A stretch of 64,000 nucleotides of DNA from an uncultured Lentisphaeria bacterium. GTDB lineage: Bacteria > Verrucomicrobiota > Lentisphaeria > Victivallales > UBA1829. Position numbers and translations under genes: made by a program. The stretch spans positions 16,710-80,709 of the forward strand of contig CASDPB010000053.1 of assembly GCA_949282305.1 (NCBI GenBank). Reading direction: 5' to 3'. Under the pieces are notes generated by a model. That model was not told the DNA's origin and did no database searches. It was given only the letters and a program-made list of their open reading frames with translations. Positions within the stretch are counted from its first letter, which is position 1. Each line of letters starts with the position of its first letter. Below, piece after piece: positions 56,711-64,000 of this stretch.

Positions 56711-59700
56711 CTATTTTTTCTGTGTTTCCTGGGATACGGCGCCGAGTCCCTGCGGGGTTAACGGCACGACGATAATCGCCTGACCGTCGCGGATTTCCGG
56801 TGTGAGCACCTTGTCGTTCCATAGATCACGGTATACCGCGCCTTCCACATGCGGGACGGCCAGCACTTCGCCGCAGCGGCTCATCGGAGACGCATTCAAC
56901 AGCGTCCATACCATCCGTCCGTTTCCGGGGAAACGGTTCGCATAGACGTTGCCCATCCGGGTCTGCACTCTCGGTTCCGGATTTGCAGTGAGGAAGCAGT
57001 CCCGGTAGCGGTCTTTGATTGCCAGCGCCCGGTTGTTGCGTTCGCGCACGTTGCTTTCATGCAGGAACCAGGTGTCTTCGTGAAATACTTCGCCGTTGAA
57101 GAAGATATAGTCCACCTGCGACGGTTTGTTGCCGGCTTCGATTCCGCCGGGCAGACCGAAGAGCTTGTAATGCGGCAGCAGGTAGCGCACCGCCGCAAAC
57201 GGAGCCTCGAATCCCGTTTCGTTCCTCCGGTCGTCGATGTCATATACCGGTGCGAAAAATTCGTTCAGTTCCATGAAATAATAGGAAATGAATCCGTCGC
57301 TGTACATGGAGGCGGAGTCGGGCTGACCGTATTCCGTCCATAACGCGATGTCATCAGGGAGCGCTTGCCGGAGACGGCTCATGAACTTAATGTCGCCTTT
57401 GATCGAGTTGGATGGAACCTCGTGTCCGTGTTTGGGATTGTAGCACTTGGAATTGTTGAAAGAGCTGATTACATCGGAATAGAGGATTTTCGCTCCGGTG
57501 TCCCGCATCAGTTTGCTCAGATCCGCCACGGCGAAATCGACCCAGCGGTCGTAATTCAGGCAGGTGTAAGTTTCCTTTGCATTCGCCAGCGGCGTTCCGT
57601 CGGGATAATAGGTCAGTGCCGCATCCCGCAGCGGGAAGTCCGGCGGCATGTCCTTGTTTATGCACCGGTCGCTGACCGTATACAGTGAGATCGGGATTCC
57701 CTTTTCTTCCTGGAAATACCGGATCGCCTCCCGGAATTTCTTCAATCCGCCGGATTGACGGTAATAGGGTTCGCTGGACCAGTTGCCATACTGGAAACGG
57801 TCTTCATCATCGCTGTATGACCACCAGAGATGGACGAAATCCGGTTTGCGGCCGAGGTGCGATGTTTCAAAATCGACAACTTCATCAATATAGTACTTTG
57901 ATTTGTCTTTGGCAAGAATCGGCGGCACCTTGTAAAAACGCCATGCCAGCGTATTGGTTGTGTGATAACAGGTATTTACAAGAGTGTTTCTGAAGAACGG
58001 CTTGTTCTGCGATTTCACCGGTTTGTAAAAGCTGTCCAGGAATTTCCGGTAGATCGCCATTGCCGAATGCCAGTCACCTTCATGAGGCTGCCAGCGTATT
58101 TCCGGCAGGTTCCGGCTTTGCCCCGGCGCGAGTTTGGAGAACAGCTCCTGCAAGTTGACGGACCCGGACAGGCCGGAAGCGCGTTTTGCGGCGCGGTATT
58201 CGTTTTTCGCGTTGTCGCGATTGTCGCACAACACCATCAGCCCGCGTCCCAGTTTCGGATTGTAGAAGTCGAAAAACATGTGCATGAATTCCTGCCCGTA
58301 AGCCGACCGGTAGGTTGCGTCGGCTGCCGACACCTCGGCACGGAAACGGGGGAAAAATATCATGTCGTCTTCGGTTTTCCCGATTTTCAGATCCTGAACC
58401 GCGCCGGCGGATGCCATGACCGTCGCCTCGGCGCTGCCGGTGTTCCGGATTGTCCCGTTCCAGATCAGATCCCCAGTATTTCCGGGACGCAGCCGCAGTG
58501 CAAGCCGCAGACCGCGGATGCCGTCGGCGTCGCCACGCAGATTGACTACCGCCTCATTTTTCGTGATTTTCGCGTCATCGACTTTGAAGCTGCGGCCGGT
58601 AAACCAGTCATTGCCGGATTTGAGCAGTATTCCGGACGCCGGATGCAGACTTCCGCCGGGAACGCCTGTCGTGGCAAAGCCATGCCGCAGATCGAAACGG
58701 TATTCACCGATGGCGAGCTGTCCGTCGCGCAGGGTGATTTCCGCTTTCCGTTCTTTCGGGATGACCGGAGCCAGTTCAATTGCCGGTGCCGGGTTGCGGA
58801 AGGCGTCAAGCAGTCTGCCGTTCTGCGCCAGTGTCAGGGCGGCCAGATAAAAGTCAATCGAATAAGACGGGAAATGCAGGATCAGTTCGCGCAGTTCCCG
58901 ATTGGGATTCAATGCCACGGCATACGCTCCCGCAGTGCGGCCGGAAATGTAGAAGGCGCGGTTTTCCACCGAATAGGGGAATGCCGTTTCTCTGCTCCCG
59001 TCGGCATAATGCAGTTCAACATGAAAGTTTTCCATGTCGTCAAGTCGCAGCGGGCGGTTGGGGGACGCATAGCGGCGCTGAGACGGATTATTGATTCCGA
59101 AGAGCAGCAGATAGGCCTCTCTGGCTGTTTTGCCGACAGGAATCACAATCCGGTCTTTGCGGGACAGCGGCGCAATATTTTTGCGGGTGCCGGTTTCCCC
59201 GAGGAAGGGGAACGTTTTCCGGTTGGCGCTGTCGTCAAAGGGCGGTTTGACCAGATTGTTGCCGGTGGTCTGCACCCGGAACGGGATTCCCGCCCATCGG
59301 ATTTCCGGGGAGGAGAGCGCGGGCAGGGCGTCCTGCAGGATGGCATATTTGTCCAGCCCGTCGCGGTAGAGATTCTTCAACTGCGTGTTGAACAGCCCGT
59401 TCAGGGGGATGGCGTCAAATCCCGTTTTCGGGAAGGCTTCCGCACTGGCGGTCAAGGGCAGTTTTGAAGTGAACTGCAGATCGGCGATTTCCAGAGAAGC
59501 CCGGGAATAGTTGGTTTTCAGATTCACCTGCAGCGCCGTTGCCGTCATGCCTTTGGGGATTCTTCCCGTCACAGTGTGAAATTCCCCGTCGTCGAATGCC
59601 GTGGCTGTATTCAGCAGATCAAGCGTCACCGCATTGGATGAGGCGCCGGTTCCCTTCAGCTGGACGACTCCCGCAACCGGAGCCATCCGCAGTACTCCCC

Positions 59701-60538
59701 GTGCCCGGTAGCGGATGGTGTAATACGTGACATTTTCCAGTCGGCGCGGCTGTTCAAAATTGGTTTCCCAGCTCATGGCGCGGACGGTTCCGGCTTCCCC
59801 GTTGACGGTGAAGTGTGCGACTCCGTCTTTCTCCTGAAACTGAAAGGGCACGGTCTGACGGACTTCCCTGCCGTCCACCGTCCGGGTGAGAACCGGCATT
59901 TCCGCAGATGCCACCGCTCCCGGTGCGGGCGTCCATCCCGAACACCAGTTGATCGGCTGCTGTCCTATGGCGACACTTGGTTTTGTCCCCGCGCGCGGAG
60001 TTCCGACACGGAGTTCCTTGAAAAAGACTTCGCCCGGACTGGTCAAATCCAGCCGGACCCGGATGGACGCCGAATTTTCGGGCACGGTGAATTCCCCGGC
60101 AATCGTGTGCCACTGCCCGATGACCATGTTGTTGTGAAGAATATGAGCCAGCACCGTCGGCTTGCCGTCTGCGTCGAAGCTGTAAATTTCAATGCCGATG
60201 TGCTGTCCGGGGACAAATGCCGAATGCCGGACGCTGACACTTGCCTGATAGGGACCTCCGGGCGGCAGTTTCACCGGCGGACGCAGTTCCCATGCGCCGT
60301 AGCCGTTGTCCTGTTTTTTCGCACGGATTCCCAGCAGGCCTTCGCTGGACCCGACATAGCTGATGAATCCGGTATAATTTTCCGGGCTGTTTGTACAGTA
60401 AACATATCCGTTGGGAGCGGTTTTTCCCGCATCCACTGCGGTTTCAGTGCGCCCGACAAGTCCTGAAGTATTTTCCTCGGCGGCACAGACTCCGCCGATC
60501 CAGCCGCACAATACGGCAATGATCGTCTTTTTCCACAT
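56711..60538 (-). CDS. Large secreted protein (1275 aa), CBM-like N-terminal module plus uncharacterised TIM-barrel-like C-terminal half
   Basis: Signal peptide MWKKTIIAVLCGWIGGVCAAEE. The N-terminal beta-sandwich-like region ends in EVFFKELRVG. The C-terminal half carries HLWWSYSDDEDRF..., ILYSDVISSF...CYNPKHGHE and ALWTEYGQPD. No family was recognised. Confidence 0.6.
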   Translation of the reverse strand: MWKKTIIAVLCGWIGGVCAAEENTSGLVGRTETAVDAGKTAPNGYVYCTNSPENYTGFISYVGSSEGLLGIRAKKQDNGYGAWELRPPVKLPPGGPYQASVSVRHSAFVPGQHIGIEIYSFDADGKPTVLAHILHNNMVIGQWHTIAGEFTVPENSASIRVRLDLTSPGEVFFKELRVGTPRAGTKPSVAIGQQPINWCSGWTPAPGAVASAEMPVLTRTVDGREVRQTVPFQFQEKDGVAHFTVNGEAGTVRAMSWETNFEQPRRLENVTYYTIRYRARGVLRMAPVAGVVQLKGTGASSNAVTLDLLNTATAFDDGEFHTVTGRIPKGMTATALQVNLKTNYSRASLEIADLQFTSKLPLTASAEAFPKTGFDAIPLNGLFNTQLKNLYRDGLDKYAILQDALPALSSPEIRWAGIPFRVQTTGNNLVKPPFDDSANRKTFPFLGETGTRKNIAPLSRKDRIVIPVGKTAREAYLLLFGINNPSQRRYASPNRPLRLDDMENFHVELHYADGSRETAFPYSVENRAFYISGRTAGAYAVALNPNRELRELILHFPSYSIDFYLAALTLAQNGRLLDAFRNPAPAIELAPVIPKERKAEITLRDGQLAIGEYRFDLRHGFATTGVPGGSLHPASGILLKSGNDWFTGRSFKVDDAKITKNEAVVNLRGDADGIRGLRLALRLRPGNTGDLIWNGTIRNTGSAEATVMASAGAVQDLKIGKTEDDMIFFPRFRAEVSAADATYRSAYGQEFMHMFFDFYNPKLGRGLMVLCDNRDNAKNEYRAAKRASGLSGSVNLQELFSKLAPGQSRNLPEIRWQPHEGDWHSAMAIYRKFLDSFYKPVKSQNKPFFRNTLVNTCYHTTNTLAWRFYKVPPILAKDKSKYYIDEVVDFETSHLGRKPDFVHLWWSYSDDEDRFQYGNWSSEPYYRQSGGLKKFREAIRYFQEEKGIPISLYTVSDRCINKDMPPDFPLRDAALTYYPDGTPLANAKETYTCLNYDRWVDFAVADLSKLMRDTGAKILYSDVISSFNNSKCYNPKHGHEVPSNSIKGDIKFMSRLRQALPDDIALWTEYGQPDSASMYSDGFISYYFMELNEFFAPVYDIDDRRNETGFEAPFAAVRYLLPHYKLFGLPGGIEAGNKPSQVDYIFFNGEVFHEDTWFLHESNVRERNNRALAIKDRYRDCFLTANPEPRVQTRMGNVYANRFPGNGRMVWTLLNASPMSRCGEVLAVPHVEGAVYRDLWNDKVLTPEIRDGQAIIVVPLTPQGLGAVSQETQKK

Positions 60539-60561
60539 AACAACTCCTGATTAAAAATGTA

Positions 60562-61437
60562 TCACTCAACACCGGTTTTGCAAGTAATGGTTCCGGAAAT
60601 GAACTTCTGCGCTTGAAGTCCTTCGGCATGACCGTCAAACAGCAGGGCATTCGTCTTTCCGCGCGCCAAGGCAACAGTAGCAGTGGATACAAGCCATACC
60701 CTTCCATCTCCACCTCCGTGACGGTAGGAAAACCACTGGTAATTCTGCGCGACTGCATAATCATACGCCAGACTGTCTGCGCAGAAAATGGCCTGAGAGG
60801 CTGATTTTACCTGATTTGCGCGTTTTGCGCCGCCACCCGATGCTGTCCAGCCGGTAAGATAGCCGTTGGATTCATTGCTCCATACCAGGCAGCAGTTGAT
60901 TGCGTAATGAGTTGCATAATAGGCCTCGCCGCCTACAATTGTGCCATTGATGGGTTTCTTTTCCGTAGGGCATACGAAGGTGGAGTTCTGGGTGGTGTTT
61001 TTTGAGGTATTCTGGTCGTAATAAGTGACGCCGTAATTGGTTGTTGCGTTGCATACGGGAGCTCTGCCTGCCAGCACATTGTACCATCCGGTCGTCCAGT
61101 GCATATTGGCACCGCTTGTAGTCGGCTGATTGCCCAGTATGATCCAATCGTCAAAATCTCCGGAGTACATTGCCTGGGCGGAACCGATGGTTTTCAAATT
61201 GTTCAGGCATTTTGCATTCTGGGCCATTGCGCGCGCCTTGTTCAAAGCGGGAAGAAGCATGGACGCTAAAATTGCTATAATAGCAATTACTACGAGGAGC
61301 TCTATCAAGGTGAAAAATCCTGTTTTTCCCCTGCTGAGCAGGAACGGATTTTGACGATCCCGGCACTGCCGGAATGAAGCTCCCCTCAGAAGCATTTTTT
61401 CATGGGGAGTCCCATCAATCTGAAAAACTTTCTGCAT
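60562..61437 (-). CDS. Prepilin-type N-terminal domain protein (DUF1559 / H-X9-DG-like pseudopilin paralog), copy 4
   Basis: Contains [48 protein letters not shown]. The C-terminal motif YRHGGGDG...[11 protein letters not shown] has a longer spacer. Start candidates are ATG 61437 (AGGAAAGGA upstream) and ATG 61395. Confidence 0.85.
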   Translation of the reverse strand: MQKVFQIDGTPHEKMLLRGASFRQCRDRQNPFLLSRGKTGFFTLIELLVVIAIIAILASMLLPALNKARAMAQNAKCLNNLKTIGSAQAMYSGDFDDWIILGNQPTTSGANMHWTTGWYNVLAGRAPVCNATTNYGVTYYDQNTSKNTTQNSTFVCPTEKKPINGTIVGGEAYYATHYAINCCLVWSNESNGYLTGWTASGGGAKRANQVKSASQAIFCADSLAYDYAVAQNYQWFSYRHGGGDGRVWLVSTATVALARGKTNALLFDGHAEGLQAQKFISGTITCKTGVE

Positions 61438-61470
61438 TTCCTTTCCTTTCTGTCATTTATCATTGTAAAT

Positions 61471-64000
61471 TTAATCGAGTCGGTAGATTCGAGTCTGGGG
61501 ACGGTCAGATGTAAAGCGAATACAGGTCTCCTTTCCTGGTTTTCTGGTTTCCGGATATATTTGAGTGACGGTTCCGGGCCTGGGCAAAGTGATGACCCGT
61601 TCGCCCGCGTCGCGGCCGGTATGAATCGCCAGATAGTTTTCACAGACGTAAACCGCGTCATAGCTGTTCAGGTAAATGTGAACTCCGGCGTTCTGCGCCA
61701 TCGCCCGCAGAATTTGCGGGGGAAGCATCGGAAATGCGGCGTAATAGTGCGTGACGCCGTCCGCCTGTTTTTTGCGCGCCAATCCGATCTCCTGAGACAA
61801 GTGCAGACGCGCCAGAGGCTCCGCCGTGCCGTCGCGCACGACGAAGATCGGATCCTGTCGGTCTTCGTCGAACATGCCGAACGGCGTATGAAAGTCCCGG
61901 AGCAGGGGATTTCCCGGAATCAGGCTCATTTTTGTATCCGCTGGATTGTGGATGATTTCCAGGTTCATGCCGGTCAATTTCCGGATATGGTTCAGATCCT
62001 GTGTTTTTCCGTCTATGTAGCCCGGAGCATAAAACCATAATGCCGTGGCGCCGTTCCTTGCCAGTTTGCGCTGAACCGCCTGGCGTTCTTCCGGCGTCAG
62101 ACAGAAAACGTTCAGGAAAATGTAGAATTTATAATCCGGCATTGCGTCGTTGAGGAACACATCGACCAGATATTCCTCGAAGGGCGCGCCGATCCTGCCG
62201 ATGCCCGCACGCTGGAAGAATCCCCGCGTTCCCGCCTGATCCGTAAACACATAACGTTTTTCCTGGCGGATGTAATGGAACGTCTTGTCGCTGGCGATCA
62301 CCGCGATTTCACTGACCGGCGCCAGAGAACTGTGTTTGACGGCATAATCCCCGAGCGCCTGAAGTTTTTTCAGTTCCGTCAGATAGGTCACATCATCAAA
62401 CCAGTTGCGCTGATCCGTCCCGAATTCATGCAGATACATCAACGCTCCCCCTGTCAGTGCCTTGGCGAATTCCCGCGCCAGCACCTGAACGCTTTCTTCC
62501 GGACGGCGGATTGAATACGCATATTCCCTGGGATACAGGTGGGTACGCAGGTCGTCTTCCTGAATCCACAGCTTGTTGTACATCCGGAGCATGGAAGGCG
62601 TCGGATAGTCGAAACTGGCGACTCCGCCGAGATCGCGGAACCACCAGCGGTATTCCACCGGCCCGCAGAAGAAATCAATGTCGGGACACTCCAGCAGCGG
62701 CTGTTGGTTCACGTAGCCCGCCAGTTCTGCGATGTAGCCGTCGCCGACGTCGGCAAGGTGTCCGTAGAAATATCCCACCAGCGATTCCCGGTTTGTTTCT
62801 TCCTTGATGATTCCGGCGTACAGTTCCAGATTGTCGTTGATACATTGCGACAGCGCTTCCCCGTAATCAATGGCATTCCGATGGAGCTGCGGGTCGCGGA
62901 ACATTCCGGTTCCGGGGGCGATCCGCTCTTCCCTGCTCGGGATTGTCGCCGTTTCCAGTGTGACGTGAGGATTTCCCCAGGCTTTCCGCAGCATTTCGTC
63001 ACTGCCGTATTTTCTGGCGAGCCAGTTGCGGAAATAACGCAGCATCGGGGCGCTGTAATCGCTGAAAGTTCCCGGTTTTCCGGGATCGCTGCCGCCCCAG
63101 TGATGCAGCCATTGCCCTTCCTCGCCGCCGCAGGGAACATATCCGACGACCCGGTCGGCGTATGGACCGGAGCGGACGTGCCGCACCAGTTTTCTTACTG
63201 CATTGCCTGCCACGGTATGCCAGCGTTCGGAGGCAAGAGACGGTTTATTGAATCGGGTGCCGTTGTCGAACACTGCCAGTTCTTCCGGATATTTCCGCTG
63301 GAAGAAGTTGTCGACAATGCCGCGGTCCATGTAGAAACAAAGAACCAGAAGAGTCTCCGGATTGTCCGCCAGGACTCTGCCCACATGTGCGTCGATTGCC
63401 GCAAAATCGACTTCGCCGTCATCCTTGATTGTCATGTTGGCAAGGATGCGCGCCACTCGTCCCCCGGCTTTATGAAAAGCGCGGATCATCGTGGTCTGCA
63501 TAGGATACCCGGCGGCGTAGGGGACGGTGTAAAAGATATTCCACATGGCTTCTCCGTTGACCGTCCAGGTCGGCATATTCCCTTTTCCCCGCCGGATTTC
63601 CGAGCATACCGGTTTCGGGTGCCGCCGGTTTACGACATGCACTTTGCGGGAAGCGGGGGCTCCGGTCAGTTCCGCAAACGGAAGATAAAGGGAAAATTCG
63701 TATTCTCCCTCCGGCCAGAATGCGTTGACGGGCAGCACCGTCTTCAACGTCAGCGTTTCTCCCCTGTCGCAGTCTGCAAGACGTTTTCCGTCGTCGAGGC
63801 GCAGTTCCAGAAAGAGCTGGCCTTCGCGAACGACCCGCAACCATACGGGAACCGGGCGCCGGATTTTTTCTTCCGGGGTCAGTTCCAGTTGTAAGGAAAA
63901 CTCCGTTCCGGCTGCAAGTTTTTCCGGAAAGACAGCCTGCTCCATGCGTATCCGCTGTTTCCCGACATACATGGTGTAGGGCACTTCCCCCCAGATCCCG
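61471..64000 (-). CDS. GH42-like hypothetical glycoside hydrolase (TIM barrel plus trimerisation-like domain), possibly 5'-truncated by the window edge
   Basis: The frame is open up to position 64000. Internal start candidates are GTG 63984 (ORF track) and ATG 63972. No signal peptide is seen from these starts. The C-terminal segment KFYIFLNVFCLTPEERQAVQRKLARNGATALWFYAPGY resembles the GH42 trimerisation (GATase-like) domain. The assignment is weak. Confidence 0.5.
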   Translation of the reverse strand, partial: GIWGEVPYTMYVGKQRIRMEQAVFPEKLAAGTEFSLQLELTPEEKIRRPVPVWLRVVREGQLFLELRLDDGKRLADCDRGETLTLKTVLPVNAFWPEGEYEFSLYLPFAELTGAPASRKVHVVNRRHPKPVCSEIRRGKGNMPTWTVNGEAMWNIFYTVPYAAGYPMQTTMIRAFHKAGGRVARILANMTIKDDGEVDFAAIDAHVGRVLADNPETLLVLCFYMDRGIVDNFFQRKYPEELAVFDNGTRFNKPSLASERWHTVAGNAVRKLVRHVRSGPYADRVVGYVPCGGEEGQWLHHWGGSDPGKPGTFSDYSAPMLRYFRNWLARKYGSDEMLRKAWGNPHVTLETATIPSREERIAPGTGMFRDPQLHRNAIDYGEALSQCINDNLELYAGIIKEETNRESLVGYFYGHLADVGDGYIAELAGYVNQQPLLECPDIDFFCGPVEYRWWFRDLGGVASFDYPTPSMLRMYNKLWIQEDDLRTHLYPREYAYSIRRPEESVQVLAREFAKALTGGALMYLHEFGTDQRNWFDDVTYLTELKKLQALGDYAVKHSSLAPVSEIAVIASDKTFHYIRQEKRYVFTDQAGTRGFFQRAGIGRIGAPFEEYLVDVFLNDAMPDYKFYIFLNVFCLTPEERQAVQRKLARNGATALWFYAPGYIDGKTQDLNHIRKLTGMNLEIIHNPADTKMSLIPGNPLLRDFHTPFGMFDEDRQDPIFVVRDGTAEPLARLHLSQEIGLARKKQADGVTHYYAAFPMLPPQILRAMAQNAGVHIYLNSYDAVYVCENYLAIHTGRDAGERVITLPRPGTVTQIYPETRKPGKETCIRFTSDRPQTRIYRLD

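Noticed and set aside
57962-59467. 501-aa plus-strand ORF inside the 1275-aa gene, and the 451-aa ORF at 62539..63894 inside the GH42-like gene
   Set aside because: They are antisense to longer ORFs that have signal peptides or operon context. Their composition is Arg/Gly/Val-rich and non-protein-like.

Overview
This is a 64-kb chromosomal window, densely coding on both strands. It holds about 44 protein genes and one tRNA-Met(CAT). I found no rRNA, no CRISPR array and no intact mobile element. Most of it is high in G+C: hand counts on single 60-nt lines give about 57% in housekeeping genes. The gene content includes four [17 protein letters not shown]-type pseudopilin-like proteins with a C-terminal H-x-DGH motif, a PPi-dependent phosphofructokinase, a type III glutamine synthetase and many CAZyme-like genes. 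That mix suggests a PVC-superphylum organism, most plausibly Lentisphaerota/Victivallales-like, but this is inference only.

Housekeeping blocks are pfp-gatC-gatA-oxidoreductase-TPR (10.5-16.2 kb, minus strand), hpf, gyrA-folP, bamA, rpsF-ssb-rpsR-rplI-dnaB and prs-rplY-pth.

The accessory content is three glycan-utilisation cassettes at 2.6-10.2 kb, 36.2-40.2 kb and 53.1-64.0 kb. Each combines hydrolase-like proteins (the signal-peptide-bearing ones have CBM-like N-terminal domains) with a pseudopilin-like gene. The first two also have a regulator and the first a transporter. No pilus or T2SS machinery is present anywhere in the window. The middle cassette sits in a low-GC 5.4-kb islet bracketed by a 12-bp direct repeat.

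Other notable items:
- A GAF-domain sigma-54 activator lies divergent from glnN, with a textbook -24/-12 promoter and a triple ACAAAAATGT repeat upstream.
- An XPB-like helicase and a DUF790 (Bax1-like) gene are packed tightly behind an alkaline-phosphatase-superfamily gene.
- An uncharacterised 495-aa membrane protein sits next to the tRNA.

Long ORFs antisense to real genes are GC-driven artefacts and were rejected. All family calls come from motifs read by eye. No database search was possible.
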